A stretch of 20,000 nt of DNA from Sphingomonadaceae bacterium. GTDB taxonomy: Bacteria > Chloroflexota > UBA6077. Location of the stretch: NCBI GenBank assembly GCA_050261575.1, contig JBLNDL010000033.1, positions 48,551 through 68,550 on the forward strand, given 5' to 3'. The notes beneath the pieces are model-generated. The model was given only the letters and a program-made list of their open reading frames with translations, ran no database searches and was not told the DNA's origin. The translations under genes were made by a program, and so were the position numbers. Positions within the stretch are counted from its first letter, which is position 1. Every line of letters starts with the position of its first letter. Positions 1-7,866 of this stretch are shown here, piece after piece.

Positions 1-709
1 ACTCCTCCTCCGTGAGCACCCTGAGGGCCGTGGGGAAGAGGATGTTGTTCTCCTTGTGGAAGTGGCTCGCGAGCATGGTCGCCAGCGCCTCCGCCGCCTC
101 CTTTAGCCGCGGGACGAGGGTTGCCAGAGATGTCCCGTCGGCAGCCTCGACGGCCGCGAAGAACCCCTTCTTGATCGCCCTGATCCTGTCGTGCTCGCTC
201 CACATGATGGCCGGTGGCTGTACGATCCCGTGCTTCTCCAGGTAGGGGAAGAGGACGTTCTCCTCGCGCAGGTAGTGGTTCTCCGACTCCTTGAACTCGC
301 CGGCGATCGACCTCAACCGCTGTAGCGGTGCGGACGCCGCCTCCTGATCGGGGGCAGCCGCGATCTCCTCGACCACCGCTTCGAGGTCGGCGGCCAGATC
401 CAGGAGAAGCTCGTGCTCCCTCAGGAGGATCTGGATCGGGTGATGCGGAGGCGCAGCGGCCTGCTCTCTCTCCAGCGCTTCCTGGAACACGGCCAGGTGG
501 ACGTCGCAGAGCCGCTCCAGCTCCTCCCTGGGCATCCCCTCGTCGACCAGCTCGCCCTCGATCCGCGCGATCTCCTCCGCAGTAAGGGTCCGCAATAGCC
601 CCGCGGCTTCCTTCTTGGCGTTTTCCGGATCGGTGCCCTCGTGCAGTGCCCTGATCAGTCGCTTCAGCGTGGTCTTCCTGCCGATTGCATCGGCAAGCAG
701 CTCGCTCAT
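1..709 (-). CDS. DUF438 / hemerythrin-domain protein (5' part; runs off the window start)
   Basis: Not in the ORF track because there is no stop in the window. Manual translation from ATG 709: MSELLADAIGRKTTLKRLIRALHEG...EIARIEGELVDEGMPREELERLCDVHLAVF...HPIQILLREH...HYLREENVLFPYLEKHG...PPAIMWSEHD...HFHKENNILFP. The CDVH motif and HxxxE hemerythrin motifs are typical of DUF438 proteins. RBS AAGGAGAG upstream. Confidence 0.88.
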   Translation of the reverse strand, partial: MSELLADAIGRKTTLKRLIRALHEGTDPENAKKEAAGLLRTLTAEEIARIEGELVDEGMPREELERLCDVHLAVFQEALEREQAAAPPHHPIQILLREHELLLDLAADLEAVVEEIAAAPDQEAASAPLQRLRSIAGEFKESENHYLREENVLFPYLEKHGIVQPPAIMWSEHDRIRAIKKGFFAAVEAADGTSLATLVPRLKEAAEALATMLASHFHKENNILFPTALRVLTEEE

Positions 710-803
710 GGCATTCTCTCCTTCGACTTCGATGTCCAGACGGCCCCGTCTGGGCCATCCGCTCGTGCTGGCCATGAGGATGGGGTAGGGAACGCGAGGT
801 GTC

Positions 804-819
804 CGCGACTTTTGTCACA
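804..819 (-). promoter_or_regulatory. Putative Crp/Fnr-family operator upstream of the DUF438 gene
   Basis: Minus strand TGTGA-CAAAAG-TCGCG versus consensus TGTGA-N6-TCACA (8/10), about 95 nt upstream of the start codon. Confidence 0.45.
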
Positions 820-851
820 AGCCGCGTCGCTCGGTCGTGGGGGGCGTGGCG

Positions 852-2054
852 CTACCGTATGGAGCGCACGTAGCGGAGCGCCCTGATCAACCGGACCGGC
901 TCCAGCAGTCTGTAGCTGTGTCTGAGATGGCGCGGCCTCGGCATCAGGAGCTGCAGGAGGGATCCGAGACTGGTTCGGTCGGTGGAAACCAGCTTGGCCA
1001 GGGTCGAGGGGAGCGGAGCGGGATCCTCGTCGTTGGCGAGAACACGCTCCAGGGCCGCTGCGGCAAGTGCTGGCCGCAGGGGTTTGCCGCCGGGGCTCTC
1101 GATCAGGTCCGGGGGCAGTTCCGTCCCGAAGAGGGCAGCGGCGACGGCCAGTGAGTATCGAAGGCAGAGGGCTGCCCGGAGGCGACCGGCCTCGCGGGCG
1201 AGCGCTTCCCAGTCCAGCCGGTCGCGGTGCCGCTCCACCAGCTCGTGGAGGTCACTCAGTCGCGACAGCCCCACACCGAAGCCGTCGTTGTAGGCCATGT
1301 GGGTGCAGAGGTGGATGACCTGGTGGATGGGGCTGAGGACACGCCCCTCGACCCCGTCCACTGGGATGGCCTCGGAGTGCTGCAGCATCTCCGCCACGTC
1401 GACGTGGAAGGGTGCGCGCTTGCGTGCCAGGCCCCAGTGGATCTCGACCACGGCGGCTCGGCCACCCCCATCGCGCAGGCGATACTTCTTCTCGTACCAC
1501 TCAGGTGGCCACTTGCCGGCCGGCCACTCCTCCTCCGCCGGAAGGTAGCCCAGGGACAGCAGGACCCGCTCGGCGGCCGCGCGATCCTCTCTCTGAACCA
1601 GCAGATCGAGGTCGCGTAGCTGCCTCAAGGCGGGGTCCGGGTAGACGGTGTGCAGGAGGGCCGCGCCCTTCAGCAGGACGGCGGCGATCCCTTCGGTGGC
1701 GAGCCCGTCGACGACGCGTCGCAGCTCCCGCTGCCAGAGCAGGGTGGAGATGCCGTTCAGGAGGTAGGCGGCGTGGAGTCGGGACAGGGCGCCTGCTGGG
1801 ACCTGGGGGGCGAAGGGTGGCAGCGAGAGGGTGCGGTAGACCAGTGGCGCGACTCGATGCCCCTCCGCTCGGGATACCAGCCGCTCCCAATCGAGCGGCT
1901 CCGCCAGCAGCAGCTCGACCCGTTCGCGAGCGGCCCCATCCAGGTGGATGCGAGCAGCGGCGGCGAGCAGCCTCTCCTCCGCGGGCCTGGAGGCGAGGAG
2001 GGCTCGCAACTCCTCGATCGGCCTGTCCGTGCTAGGCGCGGTGGCACTACCCAT
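852..2054 (-). CDS. Nucleotidyltransferase of the lasso-cluster-associated family (NTP_transf_5-like)
   Basis: Motifs LLKGAALL..YPDPALRQLRDLDLLV, VEIHW, HLCTH, RLSDL. Likely start ATG 2054 (MGSATAP...), overlapping the B2 stop by 8 nt, which suggests translational coupling. 400 aa. Confidence 0.85.
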   Translation of the reverse strand: MGSATAPSTDRPIEELRALLASRPAEERLLAAAARIHLDGAARERVELLLAEPLDWERLVSRAEGHRVAPLVYRTLSLPPFAPQVPAGALSRLHAAYLLNGISTLLWQRELRRVVDGLATEGIAAVLLKGAALLHTVYPDPALRQLRDLDLLVQREDRAAAERVLLSLGYLPAEEEWPAGKWPPEWYEKKYRLRDGGGRAAVVEIHWGLARKRAPFHVDVAEMLQHSEAIPVDGVEGRVLSPIHQVIHLCTHMAYNDGFGVGLSRLSDLHELVERHRDRLDWEALAREAGRLRAALCLRYSLAVAAALFGTELPPDLIESPGGKPLRPALAAAALERVLANDEDPAPLPSTLAKLVSTDRTSLGSLLQLLMPRPRHLRHSYRLLEPVRLIRALRYVRSIR

Positions 2055-2550
2055 TCCCGTGGTCCCAACTCGGGCGAGACAGGGGCTCCGAGCCGCCTCG
2101 ACGCGCCTTCGGCGATGCCGGGGGAGGCTCGGGCAGATGCCAGACCTGGAGGTAGTCCACCTCCGGCGCGCCACGTTCCATGAAGGGTCGATCGTCGAGC
2201 ACCAACCACCCGTGGGCGTCCACCGACCCGTCGGGGTTTCGCCGGATCCCGAAGGCGATCCGCACGGGGTAGCCCAACCTGGTGCAGAAGTAGTAGAGGG
2301 TGAGAGAGCGTAGCAGGCAGTGGCCGAAGAAGAGGATGGGGGCGCGCCGCATCACCCCGTCCACGTGGCGCACCACCCTCCGGACTTCCGAGATCTCCAC
2401 GGTGGGCGGTGTGGTGGTGGGCGTGAGCCACCCCACCACTCTCCTCACCTTCACGAAGTGAAGGGCGGCGTTTAGCCCCACGAGCAGTCCGACGATCCGC
2501 AGCGTGAGCCCGAGGTCTGCCCGAGCGACCGCTCTCACCTCTCCGATCAT
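2047..2550 (-). CDS. Lasso peptide biosynthesis B2-type leader peptidase (transglutaminase-like)
   Basis: HCLLRSLTLY...GYPVRIAFGI...DAHGWLVLD matches the B2 pattern CLxRS...G...AHAW with catalytic Cys and His. Start is ATG 2550 or TTG 2556. Confidence 0.88.
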   Translation of the reverse strand: MIGEVRAVARADLGLTLRIVGLLVGLNAALHFVKVRRVVGWLTPTTTPPTVEISEVRRVVRHVDGVMRRAPILFFGHCLLRSLTLYYFCTRLGYPVRIAFGIRRNPDGSVDAHGWLVLDDRPFMERGAPEVDYLQVWHLPEPPPASPKARRGGSEPLSRPSWDHGNG

Positions 2551-2560
2551 TGCCAACCGA

Positions 2561-2830
2561 CTAGACGACCAGTCCCTGCTCTCGCAGCTCGTGGAGCAGC
2601 GCCACGACGTCCTGCTCCACCTGTTCGGCAGGGGCGTCGTACTCCTCGGCGATCCTGGAGGCGATCTCCCCGGCGGTGGCCTGGCCGTCGATCAGTTCCC
2701 AGATACGGGTGCCCACCTCGTTCAGGGAGTAGTAGTTCTCGCTCTTCGCGCTCAGCAGCACCGTCTCCTCGCCCATCTTTCGCCAGACCACGTCGGAGGC
2801 TCTGGATGGGACGACGTCTGTACCCTGCAT
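2561..2830 (-). CDS. PqqD-family RiPP recognition element (lasso B1/E protein)
   Basis: 89 aa from ATG 2830 with RBS GAGGAGG. VVWRKMGEETVLL...YYSLNEVGTRIWELIDG...IASRIAEEYD...EQDVVALLHELREQGLV is the PqqD/RRE signature. Confidence 0.92.
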   Translation of the reverse strand: MQGTDVVPSRASDVVWRKMGEETVLLSAKSENYYSLNEVGTRIWELIDGQATAGEIASRIAEEYDAPAEQVEQDVVALLHELREQGLVV

Positions 2831-2974
2831 CAAGGCTACCCCTCCTCGGAGAAGGTCGGTAGTTGCGCCGTCGCCCACAGGCTAGCAGGGAGGGGGAGGC
2901 GGAGCATGAACATTCGAGGGGATGGGCGTGGGGCCGGGGTTTCGTTTCTGTAATCCGGGCGCGCCGTCTAAGAA

Positions 2975-3028
2975 GTAGGGCGGGGGACACGTGAGGCGAG
3001 CGGGCGCAGTGCCGCGTGTCCCCCGCCG
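2975..3028 (-). repeat. Hairpin element A, copy 1 (candidate structured RNA or REP-like element)
   Basis: Perfect 13-bp inverted repeat 2979-2991 / 3015-3027. Ungapped identity of 42/54 with 14502-14555. Confidence 0.7.
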
Positions 3029-3088
3029 GCCCGCCCCACGTGTGAGGGGGGGGCCGGCCACTGCGGCGGGACGGGAGGGACGTGCCGC

Positions 3089-4984
3089 TCAGTCCAGCGT
3101 GATGCGCAGGATGCGATCGTCCTCTGCGGCCGGGTTCCCCCTTCCGTCCCGGTTGCTCGTGGTGAAGTAGATCAGCCCATCGGGTCCCTGCGTAACCTCT
3201 CGCAGCCGCCCGAAGTCCCCCTCGAACAGCCGCTCCTGGGCCACTACCTGCCGGGAGTCCGGCCCGCCGAGCACCACTCGATGGAGGTGCCCGCCCCGAA
3301 GGGTGGCGAAGAAGAGGCTACCCGTCCACTCGAAGAGGCGGTCGGCGTCGTAGAAGGTGGCTCCGGCGGGCGCCACTGCGGGGTTGAAGACCAGGATGGG
3401 ATCGATGAAGCGCGAGTCTCCGGCGGCGCCCTGGACCCCCGGCCACCCGTAGTTGCCCCCAGCCTGGAGGACGTTCACCTCGTCGTTGCCCGAGGGTCCG
3501 TGCTCCGTGCTGAAGAGCTGCCCCGTCCCAGGCTGGAATGCCAGCCCCTGTGGGTTCCGGTGTCCGAAGGTGAAGACGGGTGACCCCGGGAACGGGTTGT
3601 CCTCGGGGATGGTGCCGTCCGGGTTGATCCGCAGCACCTTTCCGGCGACGGAGCCGATGTCCTGGGCCAGGCTGGAGGCGGCGGCATCCCCCGTTGTCAC
3701 GTACAGCTTGCCGTCCGGCCCAAACCTCAGCCGCCCGCCGTCGTGTATCGTGGCGGCCGGTATCCCGTCCAACAGCACTGTCTCGCCGCCCGCCTGGTTG
3801 CCCTGTACGGTGAGCCGCGAGAGCCGGTTCGCAAGCTGCCCCGGGCCAGCCTCGCGAGTGTACATGACGTAGATCTGCCCGTTCTGCGCGAAGTTGGGGT
3901 CCAGGGCCAGGCCCATCAAGCCCGATTCCGCGGTGGTCACCGCCGGTAGGACGGCGACGGGGTCCGGAAGGAGCTGCCCATCCACGATCACCCGGATCCG
4001 CCCCGGCCGCTCGGTGAAGAACAGCCGGCCGTCGGGAGCGAAGGCGAGCGCCCAGGGGGTGTTCAGCCCGGAGGCCACCACCTCCACCCTCGGCTGGAAG
4101 CTCTGTGGAGCCACCGGCTGCTGAGGCTCGAACGCGTTCTGGAGGTCGCTGCTGGGGAGTTGATCCAGCCGGTTGAGCCCCCGCGGCTGGGTGTTGTTGT
4201 ACTGCCGGAGGAAGGGGCTTCCGGCGAGCTGAGCCTCCAGATCGGCCGGCAATCCCGTTCCCGTCAGCACGCCCTTGAACCAGTCGCCCAGTAGCAGACC
4301 CTGGGTGAGACCGGTCGTCGCGTCGAAGTGCATGATGCCCCGCTGGAACCGCTGGTACACGAAGTTGCGGTTGTTGGGATCGAAGGCGGGGCGGCTCGTC
4401 GGTGCCCCCCAGATCTCCAGGTTGAGCAGCGGGAGCAGATCGGGGTTGCCGCCTCCTTGAGGAAAGGCGTCGGCCAGCCCGACTGTCGACTCGAAGGTGC
4501 GCATGAAGCCGACGTCGAGCCCCTCGAACTGATCGGGCGCGTTCGCCCGAGTGAACTCGATAATCGCCCGATCGTAGTCCGGCTGTCCCTCCACGGGGGT
4601 GGACTGCACCAGTCCGGCGTCGGGCGCAGGAAACTGGGAGCCGTTGATGGCCGTCACCGCTAACAGTCCCGGGTCGAGGAGGTTGAGCAGCCTGACTCCC
4701 CCGTCGCCGCCCTGCTGCATCACCCCGCGCTGAAAGACCTGGACCGCGAAACCCTCCAGGACGAAGCTCCTGGACACGGGAAAGCCGAAGGTTCTGACAC
4801 CACCCCGGTGGGTGAAGTAGTCGAAGAAGGCGTCGTTGTCGATCCTGAACCCCGTTTCCTGGAAGAAGCGGGGGTCCTGGACCTGCTGCTGTGGTGCGGC
4901 CCCGCCGGCTGCAGGGGCTGCCGCCATCACCACGAAGAGCGCGATCAGTGCCGGAATCAGGGGCGGAGGCGGGATTCTGCTCAC
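3089..4984 (-). CDS. Secreted PQQ-dependent sugar (glucose/sorbosone, GSDH) dehydrogenase with an N-terminal extracellular domain
   Basis: Likely GTG start at 4984 with RBS GAGGAG, followed by a signal-peptide-like hydrophobic stretch. C-terminal GSDH propeller motifs: PWALAFAPDG, ESGLMGLALDP, HDGGRLRFGPDGKLY, GHRNPQG, EHGP, GNYGWP, GRLR, TSNRDGRG. Confidence 0.9.
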   Translation of the reverse strand: MSRIPPPPLIPALIALFVVMAAAPAAGGAAPQQQVQDPRFFQETGFRIDNDAFFDYFTHRGGVRTFGFPVSRSFVLEGFAVQVFQRGVMQQGGDGGVRLLNLLDPGLLAVTAINGSQFPAPDAGLVQSTPVEGQPDYDRAIIEFTRANAPDQFEGLDVGFMRTFESTVGLADAFPQGGGNPDLLPLLNLEIWGAPTSRPAFDPNNRNFVYQRFQRGIMHFDATTGLTQGLLLGDWFKGVLTGTGLPADLEAQLAGSPFLRQYNNTQPRGLNRLDQLPSSDLQNAFEPQQPVAPQSFQPRVEVVASGLNTPWALAFAPDGRLFFTERPGRIRVIVDGQLLPDPVAVLPAVTTAESGLMGLALDPNFAQNGQIYVMYTREAGPGQLANRLSRLTVQGNQAGGETVLLDGIPAATIHDGGRLRFGPDGKLYVTTGDAAASSLAQDIGSVAGKVLRINPDGTIPEDNPFPGSPVFTFGHRNPQGLAFQPGTGQLFSTEHGPSGNDEVNVLQAGGNYGWPGVQGAAGDSRFIDPILVFNPAVAPAGATFYDADRLFEWTGSLFFATLRGGHLHRVVLGGPDSRQVVAQERLFEGDFGRLREVTQGPDGLIYFTTSNRDGRGNPAAEDDRILRITLD

Positions 4985-5068
4985 GGTTCTCCTCTGTTGT
5001 GCGAGTGTTGTCGGTTGCGAAGGCATCCCCGCCCCGAGGAGCCGAGCCGTGACTCCCTACCCGGTGCC

Positions 5069-5084
5069 TGCAAGAAGCATTCCG
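5069..5084 (-). promoter_or_regulatory. Possible sigma-54 (-24/-12) promoter for the GSDH gene
   Basis: Minus strand CGGAATGCTTCTTGCA = GG-N10-GC with TTGCA, about 85 nt upstream of the start. The -24 box is imperfect. Confidence 0.3.
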
Positions 5085-5149
5085 AGCCCGGCGCCTGCGT
5101 GGGCGTGGGGACACTCGATGGTCGCGGGACAGAGGAGAGAGTGGAGAGG

Positions 5150-5182
5150 CACGAGGCTGGGGGCGCAGCCCCCAGCCTCGTG
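5150..5182 (-). terminator. Hairpin immediately after the tyrS stop (probable terminator)
   Basis: Perfect 15-bp stem CACGAGGCTGGGGGC-gca-GCCCCCAGCCTCGTG, followed on the minus strand by a pyrimidine-rich (not poly-U) tail. Confidence 0.65.
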
Positions 5183-5187
5183 GAGTG

Positions 5188-6420
5188 TTATTTCACCAGC
5201 ACCCGGTGGTACTTCTTCTTGCCCGCCCGGAGGAAGAGGGACCCTTCCACCAGGTCGTGGGGGGTAATCACCTGGTCCGCGCTCGCGATGCGGTCGCCGT
5301 TGACGTAGGCGCCGCCCTGCTGAATCAACCGCCTTGCCTCGCCACGAGAGCCGACCAGCCCGACCATGGCGAAGAGTTGAGGAACGGGGATCCCCTCGGC
5401 CAACTCCGCCGCCCCGATCTCCGTCGTGGGGGCTCCTTCCAGGGATCCCTCGCCCCCGCCAAAGAGGGCTCGCGAGGCCGCCTGCGCCTCCTTGGCCGCC
5501 TCCTCGCCGTGGGTGATCTTCGTGGCCTCGAAGGCCAGCACCTCCTTGGCCTTGCGGATGTCCGCTCCCTTCAGCCTTCCCAGAGCCTGCACCTCCTCCA
5601 TGGGAAGGTGGGTGAAGAGGGCCAGGAAGCGCTCCACGTCTGGGTCCTCGGTGTTGATCCAGAACTGGTAGAACTGGTACGGCGAGGTCAACTCCGAATC
5701 CAGCCAAACCGTTCCCGCCTCGGTTTTCCCCATCTTGGCGCCCGAGGCCGTGGTGAGGAGGGGGAACACCATGACGTACGCCTGCCCGCCCTCGATCCGG
5801 CGAATCAGCTCCGCGCCGGCCAGGCTGTTAGCCCACTGGTCGCTGCCCCCGCATTGGAGGACGCAGCCGTAGTCCCTGTAGAGCTGGAGGAAGTCGTAAG
5901 CCTGGAGAAGCTGGTAGTTGAACTCCACGAAGTTGAGTCCGGCATCCGACTCCAGCTTGGTGCGGTAGGTCTCCGTGGCGAGCATCTGGTTGACGCTGAA
6001 GTGGACCCCGACGTCTCTCAGGAACTCGATGTACTTCAGCTTCGTCAGCCATTCGGCGTTGTTGACCATCAGGGCGCGGCCGTCGGAGAAGTCCAGGTAG
6101 CGCTGAAGCTGCCTCTTCAGCCCCTTCAGGTTCTCCTCGATCTGTTCGTAGGTGAGGACGGGCCTGCTCACTGTTCGGCCTGTGGGGTCGCCGATCAGGC
6201 CGGTTCCACCACCCACGAGGGCGATGGGGCGATGGCCGAAGCGCTGCATCCAGGTGAGCGCCATGATGGTGAGTAGGTGGCCGATGTGGAGGCTGGGGGC
6301 CGTGGGATCGTACCCCACGTAGAGGGTGATCGGCCTCTCCAGCGCTAGGCGCAACCCTTGCTCGTCGGAGACATCCTTGACGAAGCCGCGGGCTGCCAGG
6401 ACGTCGAACACGTTTGCCAC
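5188..6420 (-). CDS. tyrS: Tyrosine--tRNA ligase
   Basis: YVGYDPTAPSLHIGH, IGDPTGR, YQLLQAYDF, GGSDQW, KMGKT (KMSKS-like) and a C-terminal S4 domain (SRGEARRLIQQGGAYVNG...RAGKKKY). Confidence 0.97.
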   Translation of the reverse strand: MANVFDVLAARGFVKDVSDEQGLRLALERPITLYVGYDPTAPSLHIGHLLTIMALTWMQRFGHRPIALVGGGTGLIGDPTGRTVSRPVLTYEQIEENLKGLKRQLQRYLDFSDGRALMVNNAEWLTKLKYIEFLRDVGVHFSVNQMLATETYRTKLESDAGLNFVEFNYQLLQAYDFLQLYRDYGCVLQCGGSDQWANSLAGAELIRRIEGGQAYVMVFPLLTTASGAKMGKTEAGTVWLDSELTSPYQFYQFWINTEDPDVERFLALFTHLPMEEVQALGRLKGADIRKAKEVLAFEATKITHGEEAAKEAQAASRALFGGGEGSLEGAPTTEIGAAELAEGIPVPQLFAMVGLVGSRGEARRLIQQGGAYVNGDRIASADQVITPHDLVEGSLFLRAGKKKYHRVLVK

Positions 6421-6676
6421 GATGCCAACTCCCAGAGCTTACTATCTAGACGTGAATTATACGCGATTCGCCCAGTAGAAGAGGGTGTGCGGCAGCTTTC
6501 ACGGGTTCGCTGCGGTACGTCGGCTCGGCCACGTCTGGGAATACTCGAGTCATCGTGTGCCGTTTGGCCCTCGAGAAAACGTGCGGCATGGTGGGCTGCA
6601 TCTGCCGACTCGAACGGATTAGGGCCGGCAGGTGGGGGCCCAGTTCCGGCGCTTCTTGGGACTCGTCACGAGAGTC

Positions 6677-6705
6677 TTGACATGCCTCGATAGCACTCCT
6701 ACTAT
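6677..6705 (+). promoter_or_regulatory. sigma-70-type promoter
   Basis: TTGACA (6677-6682), 17 nt spacer, TACTAT (6700-6705), upstream of the gene at 6858. Confidence 0.75.
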
Positions 6706-6755
6706 CCCGAGAGCAGTCCCAAGCACGAGTTCCCCGACCCTGCGATCCACCGTCA

Positions 6756-6828
6756 CTAAGCGGGTACCTCTAGTTCATGTTGGCTTCTCTAGCTGGAAAC
6801 GTGCACTCATCTAGAGATACCTGCTTAG
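6756..6828. repeat. Element E, copy 1: 73-bp element with 18-bp terminal inverted repeats (MITE-like, operator or structured RNA)
   Basis: CTAAGCGGGTACCTCTAG...CTAGAGATACCTGCTTAG (16/18 Watson-Crick). 58/74 identity with 14666-14739. Confidence 0.75.
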
Positions 6829-6857
6829 ACCTTAGAGCTGAGATAAGGAGAGGTTCC

Positions 6858-7700
6858 GTGAAAGCTGTATTCACCCTGACGTCGGCGGAGTCCCGGCGAT
6901 TGATCGCCAAAGGCGTGGTCCAGATGCCCGAGATGAAGGCCGCCCTGGAGACGGCGTACGTCATAGTCACGGGGGGGACGACGAACGCCTACGTTGCCCA
7001 GGAACTGTTGGGGAGGGAGATCGACCCGGCCCGCTTCACCGCCGGCACAAACACCAATGGGGTGCTGTGTGTCACGCCGGTGCCGGCGCGGATCCCCTTC
7101 CCGATCATCCTCCACAAGGGCCAAGTGGTCCAGAAGACGATCCGCGAGGCTCTGGACGACTTCCACAAGAACACCGTGGTGCTGAAGGGCGCGAACGCGA
7201 TCGACCCCGAAGGGAACGTGGGGATCATCACCTCGGGCTTCGACGGCGGCACGGTCCCCGCCATCCTGGGGACCGTCACCTCCCAGGGGCTCAAGCTGAT
7301 AGTGCCCGTCGGCCTCGAGAAGATGGTGCGATCGGTCAAGGAGTCCGCTGCCTGTGTCGGCGCCAAGTCCTTCGACTACTCCTTGGGTGCCGACTTCGGG
7401 ATCTACTGCCTCACCAACACCACCCCTGTGACGGAGATCGAGGCGCTGAGGATCCTGTTCGGCGTGGAGGCGAGGCACGTGGCCTCGGGCGGCATCGGTG
7501 GGTCCGAGGGATCCGTGGTGATCGTCGTTCAGGGCGAGGAGGCCAACGTGAAGAAGGCGATCGCCCTGGTGGAGAGCATCAAGGGGGAGAAGCCGACCGT
7601 TGGCGTCAAGGGCGTCTGCGAGACCTGCCGCTACGCCTGCCGCTTCGCGGGGGTGAAGGAGGCCGACCTGCCCGCCTGGCTGCAGAGCGCGGCCCGGTAG
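6858..7700 (+). CDS. Conserved hypothetical protein, possibly NagB/RpiA/CoA-transferase-like fold, with C-terminal CxxCxxxC
   Basis: GTG 6858 with RBS AAGGAGAGG and strong GC3 codon bias, 280 aa. Motifs AESRRLIAKG, GGTTNAYV, KGANAIDPEGN, DGGT, PVGLEK and CETCRYAC. The fold assignment is an inference. Confidence 0.8.
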   Translation: MKAVFTLTSAESRRLIAKGVVQMPEMKAALETAYVIVTGGTTNAYVAQELLGREIDPARFTAGTNTNGVLCVTPVPARIPFPIILHKGQVVQKTIREALDDFHKNTVVLKGANAIDPEGNVGIITSGFDGGTVPAILGTVTSQGLKLIVPVGLEKMVRSVKESAACVGAKSFDYSLGADFGIYCLTNTTPVTEIEALRILFGVEARHVASGGIGGSEGSVVIVVQGEEANVKKAIALVESIKGEKPTVGVKGVCETCRYACRFAGVKEADLPAWLQSAAR

Positions 7701-7740
7701 ACAGCGGGCCGCAGGCACAGGGCCAGGGTTGTGCTCATCA

Positions 7741-7762
7741 GGGGCGCACGGTCGTGCGCCCC
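7741..7762. repeat. REP-like palindrome
   Basis: GGGGCGCACG-gt-CGTGCGCCCC, perfect 10-bp arms, in the spacer before pncA. Confidence 0.55.
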
Positions 7763-7866
7763 ATCGTTTCCGCCTCGAAGCGGTGCGGATGCGTCGTGTC
7801 TGGGCACGGGTTCCGCAGTACGCCGTTGCGGTACCGTTTCCACAGAGCGGTTAGGAGGTGAAGACG

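Noticed and set aside
2561..2830. PQQ biosynthesis gene pqqD
   Set aside because: It is followed by a B2 peptidase rather than pqqE/pqqC, so a lasso-type RRE is the better call.
2836..2913. 25-aa ORF MFMLRLPLPASLWATAQLPTFSEEG directly upstream of the RRE as a lasso precursor
   Set aside because: No RBS and no YxxP-like leader motif. A Thr(-2) reading gives core QLPTFSEEG with an atypical first residue and almost no tail to thread. It also overlaps a probable promoter and the RRE RBS. Not fully excluded.
6421..6700. T-box riboswitch upstream of tyrS
   Set aside because: No T-box consensus (AANNAGGGTGGTACCGCG-like) or terminator seen on the minus strand. A TATAAT at 6456-6461 implies a short leader.
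6756..6828. Element E as an integron attC site
   Set aside because: Ends are CTAAG/CTTAG rather than RYYYAAC/GTTRRRY. There is no cassette array or integrase, and the flanking genes are housekeeping.
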